DNA of 64,000 bases from Azolla caroliniana (GCA_043228905.1 JBHGNT010000005.1:1178001-1242000); one strand, 5' to 3'. Positions 26,235 to 39,635 are shown, counted from the first letter of the stretch. A program made the numbers and translations. The notes: generated from the letters alone by a model not told the origin.

Positions 26235-26410
26235 TTCCAATTACACTTATCTTAGTCTGTTTTTATCTATAAAGAAATTGAATGTGGAGACTTCTAATCA
26301 TACTGGCATCTAAATATTTCTTCCAATTACACTTATCTTAGCCTGTTTTATCCATAAAGAGATTGAATGTGAAGAGACTTATAATCATAGTGGCATTTAA
26401 ATGTTTCTTT
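26235..26410. repeat. ~86-bp diverged tandem duplication
   Basis: TTCCAATTACACTTATCTTAG...GAATGTG...AATCATA.TGGCAT.TAAAT occurs twice. Confidence 0.85.
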
Positions 26411-26581
26411 CAATTGCTTCTGGTCAAACCTTGCTAAATGTCATCAGTATAACGTGCGCTGAATTACAAATCAGACCGGAAATGTAGGTTGAATTTTGTT
26501 AATTACGTGTAGGCATAACGTTTTGGAATCCTCAAATATTCTTTTTGATATGCGGAGGTGCACTTTCTGCACAATACACCT

Positions 26582-26878
26582 CAACGTGGTTGGAAATGTC
26601 CTTATGGGAAATAAAGCCGAGTTTTTTTTGTCAAGAGCACGTTACATTCCTAGTATTTCTAACATTATTGATCAACGTTGATACCAGCATTGAATTAATT
26701 TGTAGACCAGTGTGCACATGCAAAGGAACAACGTGGATGGAAATGTCCTTATGAAAAATAAAACCGAGTTTTTTTTTGTCAAGAGCACGTTACAGTCCTA
26801 GTATTTCCTAGCATTATGGATGAACGTTGATATCAGCATTGAATTAATTTGTAGATCAGTTTGCACATGGAAAGGAAA
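26582..26878. repeat. ~147-bp diverged tandem duplication
   Basis: CAACGTGG.TGGAAATGTCCTTATG...GTCAAGAGCACGTTACA...CAGCATTGAATTAATTTGTAGA...GCACATG occurs twice. Confidence 0.85.
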
Positions 26879-29784
26879 AAAAACGTTCCGATGTTTCTCT
26901 TTTGAAGAAACGGAAAAAGGTAATGAAAGGATTTAAGATTAATATGAATGTAAAGTTGAGTTGTTGGACATGAGGAAAAAGGAGTTATTAAAGTAATTAT
27001 TTCCATTAATGGAGAGAGCACAATAATTGATCATGCCATGAATGAAAGAGTATAGAAATGATCTATCTGGATTGAAGGCTATTGTAGCTTCAAATGTGCG
27101 TATTGTTGACGGTTACAGAAACAGCAATTGAAAAGATAACAAATCAATAAGATTGTTAATTAGAGCTTTAGGACATAATGTATTATATGAGTTTGTTTGT
27201 AACGGAATTAATGGAGAGAACAATTAATAAGAGGACGTAAGACAGTAAGGGCAAAAGGAAACATGACACCAATAGCTGGGAGATTAGGCAAAGTAAAAGA
27301 TCATTGTGGAATCCCTGACTAAGCATCATTTCTTTATTTAAATAATGTTAGTTCTGTAAACGCCATATCTTAATTAAAGCATTGTGAGTTTTTAGATCAT
27401 ATTCCTGAATGTGCTTGGTAAGTGTATTTATACGATTTTCATCTTGGTTGTTTGTCTTGAAGTATCATGAAGAAAATTTTAAAGTTTTTTGTTTTCTTTG
27501 TTCGAACTTAATATAATGGCTTCATTGATGTGGTGATGGAAGATTCTCACTTGTCTCCATGATAACGACCTTGAAAAAGTAGAGAGTGCATCTTTTATAA
27601 TAAAGATATTACATCAGAGTATCTACGATCATGCAATATGGAAATGGTGTCGATTAGGAATGGATGTAGCATTGATGGTTGAATTGATTACGTGTGAGAC
27701 TTGAGCATGTGATGTAGATATGAATGTATGCAATGCACCAGAGGGCTCAAAATGGTGGACACACTTAACACAATTTCACCACATGGGAAATGCTCCCTAT
27801 AGATATACTATACACATCGTTTGGACGCAAAGACATGGGGACAAATATAGGAGGAACAAGTGGGTATGATGAGCCACTAGAGATGTGGATAGACATGAAG
27901 AAATAACGGGTCTAATAATGGAGCTGAGAAATGTGGTGTTTGTTGAGTCTGGAAAGCAGCAAAAAACAGCCCAGAAGGAAACAAAACAAGTAGATCCATG
28001 TCAGCAGGGCTGTGCCACGTGGGAAGCCTTAAGAAACGTGAAGCCTTTATGGATGATGTGGCGCATGGGATCCTCATCAATCATGGCTTTCTCTCTTCTT
28101 CCCTTTTTGTTTTTATCCTTACTTAACACACATATCCTCTTTTTCTCAGAAAATGTCTATTTTTTTTCTCTGTCCTTATACTTAGAATATGACTTGGCCA
28201 TTTCTTGCTTGAACGTTATTTGTGGAAGCTTATGGTCTCCTCACGTGTAAAAATAGCTGCTCTCTCAAAACACAGGTCGTTCTTGCACATCGTGGGACCA
28301 TGTTAATCTTCTTAGTACCACTCCAAAATTTATTAGATGTAGTCATAGGAACAAAAAGTTTTTTTTCTTCTTATTCTAGATATATTTCGTCGTTTGTCAT
28401 AAGCACATCAAAATATCATCGTCAATGCCTTGATTGTGTAATTTACTATTCTCAATAAATAAAAATCTTCATTTCTGGGCAATTCTTGTGCGTGGAGTGC
28501 ATGATATGATTGGTTTTGTGGATGAACAATTTGTCGCATATTATGTCCTCCACATCAAACCTATTATTGAATGCCTTTCTTTCCTTTTCTCGTTCTCTAC
28601 GTAACAAACATGTTGCATGTGTAGAATGTCAATTCCAATGCACCTCTTACTCCATTCAAACCCACTTTTGTATGTTTGATTGCAACTTAAGATTGGATTT
28701 TGACAATTAGAGTGATTGTAACTTTTACCTCAACCTCTATGTTTGTTGGTATGGAACAAACTCTTTTATGATCATTACCACTACCTAAATCAAATTTAAA
28801 TGCCGAAGGACTTTTTACTCAATCATTGTAGTGCACTTTAGTCATCGCATCCCATAACCATTTTGTATGCAACAATTCATGGAGTTCAAACTTGTTCATG
28901 AAGAAATAACTTTCATGATTAGAAAGAAATGATGACGATGATGATGGTCAAGATGGATGAAATTGCTTTTGCTGATAATGTGCAAATAAAGTCATAAGGA
29001 CAACAATAACATGTCCTATTATCTGGCCATAGCGGCCCAAATGGTCCTAAGGGTTCCATATCTCTCCAAATGCCCTTGATCAACCCTTGTGCAATTGATA
29101 TGTTGGCCAGCTTATCCCCCTTTTCAAGGATTGTATGGAATATTTGACCAATTATATTGTAAAATTTCATCTTCTTTGTCCGCAACCACTCTCTGGTAAA
29201 TTCATTGCTTTTTTTAACAATTATATGTGCGAATCTGGTAATTATTTGGTTACATCCATTGCTCATTTTCCGCAGTTTTCTATGGTTCTTGAGCGATTTG
29301 TATGGTGAATTTCACTCCCTTTTCCTTCTTTTCTTGGGTCGACAAAGACAATCGAGGAGGGAACATAGCGAAAATGAGGGGGCATGTATGGAAACCAAAA
29401 AGACTTGAAGGCTTTTTTTGCTGGGTAGTTTTCTCGCTAATAATAGCAGAGTATTGACAATAACAACAGCTGCAATGCGGACGAAGTGCGTAGACAAGAA
29501 AACAACAAAGGCATGCTCTGTTTTTAACACCCGTATCTCTTGATGAAGATACTCATTCAGTATATACGTATATGTATATGTACATATATGTACGTATACG
29601 TATATACCTACATAATAGACACACTGAGACGTAATCTTATTTTGCCCACCCTTCTCCTCCGAATCCTCCATTGCTTTCTTTGATTCCTCCTCTTCTATTT
29701 GCTGACTATTTCCTCCCCTTCTACACATGAAATAGAAAGGTCTTTCATCTTACACCTCAATCAGCAGAGGGAAATAGAGAGAAT

Positions 29785-31353
29785 ATGAATGGACTTCAAG
29801 ATTTGGACTTGTATACTGGCCACACTCATGCAGACTCCATGTTAGAGGATGCTTTTGACGACGACGATGATCCTAAGGATCCTGACGTGGAGAGTGGATC
29901 CTCAGATCTTCTTCTATATCATCCTATCCTGAAAAGGGGTGGGGATTCTGTGTATAATGCCACCTCTCAGACGGCAATGATCGGCGTAAAATACTCTCCC
30001 ATTGAGAGCCTCGACTATGAGTAATATATTTCTTTCTTTTGTTGAATTTTTCATTTTACTGATGTGATAGATAGATAGATAGATAGAGATGCGCATATAT
30101 ATTATGTGTTCTTCAGGATCCGAATGTCCTGTGCTGGTGATTATGCGTGATGGGTTTCTCTTTTTTATTTGAACTTAGGATTATGGAAAATGATTTTCTC
30201 AAGCAAGATTGGAGATCGAGGACACGCGTTGAAATATTACAGTATATTTTTGTTAAATGGACAATGGCATTCTTAATAGGGTTGTGTACAGGGCTAACCG
30301 GGTTTTTCATCAACATGGCCGTTGAAAATATAGCTGGTTACAAACTCCTTAAAACGACATATTACTTAATCGAGAAAAGGTAAAATATGTTGAATACAAT
30401 GTTAATTGAAATTCGATGTGTATGGAAAGAGATTTGAGTGAATCTCTTGCGAACATATGGCAGGTACCTATTGTCATTCTCAATCCTCATTGGAAGTAAT
30501 ATGCTCCTTGTGCTCGTTGGGTCGGCTCTTTGTACGTTTGTTGCACCTGGGGCTGCAGGATCAGGAATACCTGAAGTGAAGGCGTACTTGAATGGGATCG
30601 ATGCCCCCGACATCCTTTCACCAAAGACTCTAATAGTGAAGGTATATCTGAGTCAGGGAGAAGTCTAAAATACCCTTGAGTTTTCGTTGATTTCTCCAGA
30701 TGTTCCTGGTCAACCCTTGAATTGGAGAAAATTGTGGTAAATCTACCTGATCCTACAGTTGCACGCAGTGAATAAAATTGATAGAGTGATGAAACACACA
30801 TATAATTGCTGAAATAACACATAATCTCTATTTCAAAGGGTTTCCAAGGGCATTCTGGGAAACAAAGGAAAATCTAACGGCTTTCAGACAATTAAATAAA
30901 AATACTCAGGCTTACATCTGCATTTATTCCCCAACAGATTATGACAATCTTTTGAATAGTAAGTATATATGATTGTAAACAATATCATGTTGTGACATTT
31001 AGGAAATATTTTTTGATAGGTACTAGGAAGCATTTGTGCCGTAGCAGGTGGCTTGGATGTTGGAAAAGAAGGGCCAATGGTACATATAGGGGCTTGTTTT
31101 GCATCACTTTTTGGCCAAGGTGGTTCCAAACAATATCGATTGACATGGAGATGGATCACATACTTGAAGAATGATAGGGATAGGAGAGATCTCGTTACTT
31201 GTGGTGCTGCTGCAGGTGTTGCAGCGGCATTTCGAGCTCCTGTTGGTGGGGTTCTTTTTGCATTGGAAGAAGCAACATCTTGGTAATAAATTTCAGCCTT
31301 TTAATTTACATCCTGTGTTATGTATGTGTGTGCATACACACACATGGATAAAT

Positions 31354-31390
<37 letters not shown>

Positions 31391-34300
31391 GATCAAGAGA
31401 TCAAGAGAGATATATATTAATGTCTTTTAAGAGGCCAAAATGGCCTATAAGACCAAACAAGAGATTACATAATGTTGTCTCGTCTTTGAGAAACAACAAA
31501 CCAATAAATAATTGTAACAAAGAAAACAGTAAATTGAAATAGACTAAGACATGAGCAAAGAATCTTTTCATCTATACATGTAAGATTCTCAAATCAGATA
31601 TATATTGTAAATTTTTTCTTTGAAAGATCTCTAGCATAGACCTATCCAGAATGGAGGAGTCCCCAAAGTGAGGCAAACACCTGCAATGGCTGGAAATAAT
31701 GGCCTTTATCTGTCAATGACAAGGGTTATGAGATCATGGTCCACGAGGCTGAGGCTTACGTGCACGAGAAGTTGCTATTGCTTGTTCTATTGTAATCCGT
31801 TCGCAATGTCCTGGTTAGGAGCCCATTTGTGTAACCCTTGATCAACTTGTAGCATGAATAGGAAGAAAGTTGTGATTGTTCTTTGTTGATTAGCTTGTGT
31901 GGCTGTATTGTTTTCCAATGTCTTCCTATGTCTCTTGAGTTCTACCGAGAAGAGCCCCAACCACATTTTTGTCCTTATATTCCATTACCTTGCATAGTGG
32001 GCTAAAGCTTTGCTTTAGAAGCAATGACATCTCACTCTTATTTTATAAAAAAATATAGCGACAAACATAGTGTTCTTCAGATTCCACTTCCTGATGACAC
32101 AATTGGCAAATTCTTTCTTCAAGAGGTATTTGTGCATATCCACGTACCTCAATCTCTAACTGATATGAATAAGTTTGCAGCTGACTTATCACAGTGCACA
32201 GCTCATGTGATAGATGTATGTCCATATAAGAGGGCCTGATGATGAATTGATCCTTTGATGTGTGCAAAAACTGTCTTATAGTGGGCCATCTTCCTACCAA
32301 GAGATGTGAGGTTGATCCATATTATTTTGCGTTCCAAGATGATAATATTAATTCAGACCATTCTATCCTTTTCCACTTTGATCGTGTTTAGGGTGGGACA
32401 CTCCAAGCTATATTGGAACTTGGGTAGTGCATTTGTGCTTATGCCATATGACTCAAACTATTGTTGTATTTCAACATACCAGCAATGAATATCTCAATGT
32501 TCAACAAGTTTTTTTGATGACATAAGTGCCAACCTTGAGTACCTTCGCTTGGGAGCTCCCAATGCCATGGGATAATAGTCACTAATCGGAATAATGCCTC
32601 GGTGATTATTGGTGTAGCTCCCATATCAGCTTGGATTATATCATGGGACACCGATAGGCATCATTGAGACTAAATGTCTCTCTATATCTTTCTAGTTATT
32701 TTCCATATTAAGACTTGGTCCCTGGGTTTCTACCCCATAGAGAAAAGTTGATGTGACAAGTGTATCAAATAGCCACAATTTAGTTTATGGCACTTGGAAC
32801 TGCTAATGTGCACAGTGTCTTCCATGAGCACTCAGGGCTGCATATCCACAGAAAGTTGAGCACAAGCAGTCTCCTGTAAGGAGAGCTGAGGCCCTGTGAC
32901 TCCTAGGTATGTGTAAGATCGTAATCATGCCACCTTTTTCCTCCCCATGAAGAATTCTGGTTCTAATCTTGTTACCCATGCTTGAGTTGTACCATCACTT
33001 AAGTTTTGTCTATGTTTATTGACAAAATTTTGTGTGTATAAAATACTTTTAAGGCATTTAAATGTCTTTGTAGTCCCTTCGAACTGTTGGCGATCAACGC
33101 AATATCATCAGCATATGGAATTTTTGTGTGGCTATCCTTGCTAGGCATGCTCTCTTGTTTGGTATTATAGGCCATTTTGGCCTCTTAAAAGATGTTAATA
33201 TATATCTTTCTTCCTTTCTACGTAATGTAATTGTGCTAGCCACAGTCCTTGACAACCCATTGGGAGACCATGCCTTTCTGACACGGATTCATATAGTGAA
33301 TAGATTCCCATTGCATGGCTTCTAGGCACTGCATGAGCTGAGCACGCGGTACAGTGTTGAATGATTTTCAAAAATCCACAAAGTAACAATAAATCCTCTT
33401 ATTATGGTCTCGGAGGGTCAAGATGTGATCCAAAGTTTTGAACCCCTTCTGAAAGCCTGCCTGTTCAGTTAACAGCAGCCATTTCTCTTGATTTCCCTCT
33501 GCCCATATACTCAATTCTGACTCTAGGATCAAGCCATATAGTTTAGCCAAGGAATGACCAATCATGATTGTCCTATAATTGCTCGGCATCATAGCGTCTC
33601 CACTCTTGAAGATAGGCACAATTGTTTGTTCTGTCCAGCTAGTACGGAAACATTCACACAGTTCTATTAAAGATGTGTCCTGCTTGTGTGTATAAATTCG
33701 TCATCATACAAACTATTTTGTATGACCAGGTTTGGGTGCATGACCAGGTTTGTGTGGGGAAAGGCATTTGTGCCTGCTTTGTGCAATGAAATTGACAATT
33801 TTTGTGTAACTTCGTGTAGGGGTGGGAAAAGATCAAATTCTTGCATGCCATTATATATTCCACAACAATAAACATTAACTGACTCCTGGGTATATTGGTA
33901 TTTAACTAGCCCACAATCCTTCTTAGCATATAAATTCATTGTGCATCCATCCTTGACCTCAAAGCATAGATATGCATATGCATGATCTGCTTCCAAGCCA
34001 ATAGGTTCAACAAAGATAGTGAACGCTGATATTTCGGGTATAAGAGATGGAGATCGCATCAGGTAATTGACTATGCTTGCACCTCCTTTTGGGTTCTAAA
34101 ATATCAAAGAATCTGATCTGGGCCAAGTTATATATCACAAATCCAGTGCACTTCCCAAGGCCAGAAAGTGTTTGCCATATTTTGTTACTCATAGCTTGAG
34201 CTTGTTGCTCTAGATCAACTTCTTCTGCCATATCTTTTCCATACATAGCCTCCCTGGTGTCAAACATGATTGTTTCTTCATCCTGAGTTCGGGCATTGAA

Positions 34301-37300
34301 GTCTCCTAATTACTACATCATGCTTAGCAAATCTTGTGATGTCATCATATATGGTAGATATGGTGATTTTTCAAAGAGATGCAAACCTCGAGTAGGCAGG
34401 TGGAAAGCAGCAATAGCAATGTATTGTTCCCTAAGGTCTCCTCTTTTGAGACCAGGTCGGTCATTCGACCCCTGCAATTTCAAAGTGGCATCTAGTAAAG
34501 TAGTGCATGGAGTTAGATTTGAAAATAAGTGCTGGGTTAGTAAAACGTGGCTTACCACTAAGATATGAATGTAATGCAAAGAGAAGGTGAGGGAGAGTAT
34601 GTGCCATTTGTTGCCTCAACATGCCAGAAACAAAAGAACATGTCACAAAGGTTGTACCAGTAAACCAACCACCCAAAGAGAAATATGCAGTGGCTTTCCC
34701 TTGGCTGTTGGTGAGAATACTCCCGCACGTCATTCACCGCTGTTGGTCGTTGCGACAACTACGGAAAAAGAAAAGTCCAATAATTGATCAAAAGGCTACT
34801 AATACTTAGAATAAAAATGAATAAAAAAATCAACTGATTCGCTGTTAGTAAGTGAAATGATACAGGATCTGCCAACATCCAAATTAGCTAGAAAGCGATG
34901 GTTTGCCTGTCCCTACCTGCGCCTCTACCTGGGGAGATGCTTTCTCCTCCTCAGACAGAACTCTTCGATTGCGTGATCAATAACTTTTTGATATTGAAAT
35001 CGTCTGACGACAGACGACGGATTGGACGCATCTTTCGTAACGATCCAACCCACCTATCCCATGCTTCTTACCCTTTCACTAATAATTGAAGGAATGAGGT
35101 GAAATCGCCTAGTCCCCCAAGGCTTGGCGCTTGCAGGTGAGGCTTCCAATGCGGGAGAAACTCGAGTTGCTGCTGATCAATCCACATCCACCCCAAAGAA
35201 GATTTCTCAGTTTTGCGTGCGCTTGGAAGCTAAACAAAGATTACGTTATAACTATGGATTGCTAAAGATCCCATGGGTAATCGATTAAATGGAAGGATAT
35301 AGCACCGGAAAGATTCATCATTGAAGATATGGGTTGATACAATGAGTTTGGTCTAACCAAGAAGTTACACAATCTGTCTCTGTAGCAGGATCGATTGGAA
35401 AAATAGGGGTAACGGATCACGGAGTAGTATAAAATCCTGTGGGCACTGCAAAAAACCACGGCAGAGCGGATATTACTAATCGACGTATAGGATATGACGA
35501 CGGCAACAGCATGTCATAAAAGGAGATAACCGGGAATAGCCAACTCTTATCGTATCTCCAACTACTTCGCAGCTGATCCTCTCGAAAGCACGGTAGTAGC
35601 GTCTAGGTGTGCAAACGTTGTGGTGGGAGCTGGGTCAGTCGAGTCATCTGCATGTACGTAAACAGCTTGAATAGAAGTTATTGATCCTTCTTTAGTTGAG
35701 GTAATTCTCCCGAATATTCAGTTTGATAACCTGCCACCAGTTCCTCCTCTGCCTCTGGTAGATCGAATGGTAGTCTTTCACATTCTGCCAGTGATGCAAT
35801 GAAGAACGCTATAAAACATATGGGCTTCAAATGGTACATACGCGCAGCGCTTAGTATCCATCGTTTACGGCTAGGACTACTGGGTTTGCACATGAGGTCA
35901 TCAGATATGATTTTCAATTAGCTATGTTGGCCCCTTGTGAATGTTAATATATCAATGTCGCCTAAGATAGCATTAGAGATGTTGCAATGGATGAAGGGAG
36001 GAAGATTTCATTGAGTAGATACATTGTTTTATCACCATCACCATCACCATCATCTCGGATCACCTAATACTTGTGTAGGAATGTTGTGATCCATACCTCG
36101 TTTTCTTGGATGCACACTCACGTTATTCTGTCTATGCATACTGTTACTTTGATAGGTGATTTGGACAATCATTATGTGGGTTTGGTACTGAGTTTTTATA
36201 AAACAAATAAAGCTCTAGATTTCCTAAGCCTTGACAATGATCATATGGGTACATTGTGCCTGATGTTCGCTGGTGTGCAATAGTGAAGTACATCAAGGTC
36301 ATATGGGTTTGGTTGGGGTGGGTTGGGCATGGGGAGAAATGATATATCTGGTTTGGTGCTGGTTGGGCCCACGTGCCTTTCATCCTGGTACTCAAGAGTC
36401 TCTGTTGTTGCTTCCTCAGCTCCCTCAATGGTGTCTTCTTGACACATTATTGGTGTATTCTGAGATCAAGCAAGCCTCCGTCAATGTTATGCAGGCCAGC
36501 CTTCATTATTTGTTGGAGGGTGGTGTACTTGGCAAACAGTGTGGCATACGTCCTCTGATGTGGTTGCAGTGTGCCTATCTGCACACAAACTGTTCCTTTC
36601 TCTCGATCTCTCCTTATCTTGCAATATCTGTTTGCTTTAGGTATGCAAAGTAAACGTCAATGTAGATGATGTACTTTAGTATTGCGAGCTCTATGGAGCA
36701 TGTAGATGTCAATTTCCTGTAGTCTCTGCATGATTTCATCCTTTGCAAAGCTCATAAAATGATTCTTGTAGTAGGCCATTATTATGTGAAGCTCTCATGG
36801 TGTAATATTGAATCCTTTGGGTACACAAATGTCCATAAGTTTTGCTGCATTACTTTGCACCTTCCGTTATATTGGAAATATATTCTTCTTCTTCATAGGC
36901 ATGACTGTTTTTGGCACATGAGGATTTTCGTTTGCTTGAGAGAGATGGAGGTTGATCAAGTAAGTGGATGTTGACTTAGAGGGTGTTAGAACCCCATGTC
37001 TTGCAAAAGTCTTCGTAGTAAAGTACATTTACCTGAACGAAGTTGTTGTATTTTTCCAAATAAATTCAGAGACTTCGGACATAAAGCATGCATGTTATGC
37101 ATTATTGGACAGGTAGCAGTCAAGATTGAAGATACAGGGGCTGCCATTTTTTTATCATGTTAATGAGAAGAATCAAAGGATAACAACTGCGATCTATTTG
37201 ATGAACATTTGTCTTCTACATCCTCGTGAGACATTTGATGACATACTAAGAGTGTGTGATAACATGGGTTCCATACTTAAATGACCACATTGAAGGTTGA

Positions 37301-39635
37301 ACTCATATGTGAGTACACTATTCACACATCAATACTTTTTTATCCAAAGCATGAACATCGCTTTGTTGGAAGGAGACACATATCAAGAAAATTTGTGTTT
37401 AGATCCCAGGGATCAAGATTGGCCTCTTTGTGGATGTTAATGATTTCTAATTCTAATTATAATACACATCACATGCATGCCACTTCTAAAGTTTGAGCAC
37501 TTATGTTTTGAGTGGACGATACCAAACTTTTTGTTGTTTGTCCAAACCGCAAATATATATTGAAAGTATAATGACTTTAATATGGATACCATCGAAAACC
37601 ATGAAATTTGTTGCTTATCACCTACCAGGCATGGTAGAAAGATTGAATACTTTATTTTTCAGAAATTGAGTGTATATTTCAACTTTAGGATTTATAAATA
37701 ATATAATTGATTGAGAAATGAATGTAGTGCAAAACACTAGTTTTTGTGCTCGTGAATGTACTATAGATATTTCTTTTGTGTTTGTTCCATATATAGATGA
37801 AATTCCTTCACATTTTGTAGGTGGCGTAGTTCATTGTTGTGGAGAGCATTTTTCTGCTCTGCTACTGTAGCAATTGTGCTTCGCTTTGCAATTAACTTTT
37901 GCGAGAGTGGAAAATGTGGTACATTTGGAACTGGTGGATTGATCATGTTTGACATGGGTATCGCGTCTACTGATATCGGTTTAATGGAATTAATACCAGT
38001 CGTTATCTTGGGTCTACTTGGGGGCTTTCTTGGAAGCCTCTTTACATTCATCAATGGAAAAATTGTACGAGCTTATTCAAGTTGGTATACAATGTAAGTA
38101 CCCTTTACCATAGCCTATCAATCTAATCCTTTGCATTACACGATGAAAAACTCTTTTGTGTATACTATGACGTTTGATTGTGTATATTGTATATGCTATT
38201 GAAGTTTGAAAGTTGTGCTTTTTAAGGCATGGGTCGGTGGCAAAACTTGTGTTAGCACTTCTCATTGCTTTCATAAGTTCAGCTTTTATGTTTGGAATTC
38301 CATGGTTAGGGACGTGTTCAGCATGCCCTGACTCTCTAACTACTACCGAGAGTGATGATTGCCCTTCTACTAGTTGGTCTGGACAGTATAAGCAATTCAA
38401 TTGCCCCGATGGATATTATAATGACCTTGCTGGCCTGTTTCTGAATACGAATGATGACATTATACGAAGCTTGTTCAGTACAAACACTTCACACGTGCAT
38501 TTATATAGCTCATTGCTGATGTTTTTTGCGTCAAGTTTTGTGCTTGCCCTCGCTACATATGGCACTGCGATCCCCTCTGGCCTTTTCATACCTGTCATTA
38601 TCACTGGTGCTGCCTATGGGCGCTTAGCTGGAAAGCTGATGAGATCTATTGGTAAATTAGAGAATCTTGATGAAGGTGTTTATGCATATTTAGGCGCTGC
38701 ATCCCTCTTAGGAGGATCAATGAGAATGACTGTATCTCTGTGTGTAATCCTTCTTGAGCTCACAAACAACCTTCTCATGCTTCCATTGACAATGCTTGTA
38801 CTGCTCATCTCCAAAACCATCGGAGACCTTTTCAATCATAGTGTTTATGAGCAAATACTTCAGATTAAAGGTCTTCCTTTCCTGGAGGAGAAACCAGAAC
38901 CCTACATGAAACACTTAACTGTCATGGATGTGTGCTCGCGTCCAGTGAGTACGCTGTCAGCAATAGAGAGAGTAAGCACCATTGTAGAGATCTTGAAGTC
39001 TACGGACCATAATGGTTTCCCTGTTCTAGAACATTCTGTGGAGTCTGCGGAGCAACGTCCTATTCTCTGCGGTCTCATCTTACGTTCACACTTGTTGGTG
39101 CTTTTGAAGAGGGGAGAATTCTCGAGCTCGGAATTTTGCTCGAGTGACTTTGCAAAGGCAGGCACGGGAAAAGGTGCCAAAATTCAAGACATAACTTTGA
39201 GTCCGGAGCAACTCGAAATGTATGTGGACCTTCTTCCTTACACCAACATGTCTCCATATACTGTGGTCGAGAATGTGTCACTTGCAAAGGCCTTCTCATT
39301 ATTCCGACAACTTGGCCTTCGACATCTCTGCATCGTACCAAAAAATTCAGCTGAGGTTTTACTTCTATCCTTTCCCCGTAAACATTGTGTAAATTATTCA
39401 AACATTAATACATCAATTTCCGTCTTTCTGGCCATGGATTTGCTATTTATTTTTGAATGGGCTATAATTTGTTTACTATGTTTTGTAGCGCTCTCCAATT
39501 GTGGGGATGTTGACTAGGCATGACTTCATGCCAGAGCATGTCCTCGGGTTGCATCCACATTTGAAAGCTAGCAAGTGGAATCGACTACGGGTTCTACCCT
39601 CTATAATCACCGCAGTAGCACACTGGTGGAGTTGA
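29785..39635 (+). CDS. CLC: CLC chloride channel/anion-proton antiporter (CLC-c/g-like), 808 aa
   Basis: Exons 29785-30020, 30179-30379, 30464-30641, 31020-31282, 37821-38093, 38227-39355 and 39489-39635 join in frame (2427 nt). Motifs [49 protein letters not shown], and two CBS domains (HNGFPV; LGLRHL...VGMLTRHD). Confidence 0.96.
31350..35250 (-). mobile_element. Decayed near-full-length LINE (APE endonuclease + RT, RTEX-like) in CLC intron 4
   Basis: Endonuclease remnants (...GLEADHAY), PIFKSGD...[26 protein letters not shown]...YCYFVDF, YADD at ~33105-33117, C-terminal [19 protein letters not shown], and a 3' end running into a (TATC)n tract. The 5' boundary is approximate. Confidence 0.85.
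35565..35709 (-). pseudogene. atpB: Plastid atpB fragment (NUPT)
   Basis: Translates [48 protein letters not shown], versus plastid Atp[49 protein letters not shown]. Confidence 0.92.
35708..35825 (-). pseudogene. ndhA: Plastid ndhA fragment (NUPT)
   Basis: [39 protein letters not shown] matches plastid NdhA ([25 protein letters not shown]) rather than mitochondrial Nad1. Confidence 0.92.
35838..35884 (-). pseudogene. rrn16: Plastid 16S rRNA fragment (NUPT), 47 bp
   Basis: Minus strand reads CCCAGTAGTCCTAGCCGTAAACGATGGATACTAAGCGCTGCGCGTAT, the plastid-type 16S segment just downstream of ATTAGATACC. Confidence 0.85.
36030..36990 (-). mobile_element. Second decayed LINE 3' remnant in CLC intron 4
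   Basis: C-terminal LINE-like Cys/His remnants (...[13 protein letters not shown]...) and an (ATGGTG)n tail at ~36031-36052. Weak and degraded. Confidence 0.45.

Noticed and set aside
35678-35917. 79-aa ORF as a functional nuclear ndhA or nad1 gene
   Set aside because: It is a chance read-through across fused 16S, ndhA and out-of-frame atpB fragments inside an intron.
38213-39517. 434-aa ORF as a standalone gene
   Set aside because: It is CLC exon 6 with read-through into the flanking introns.
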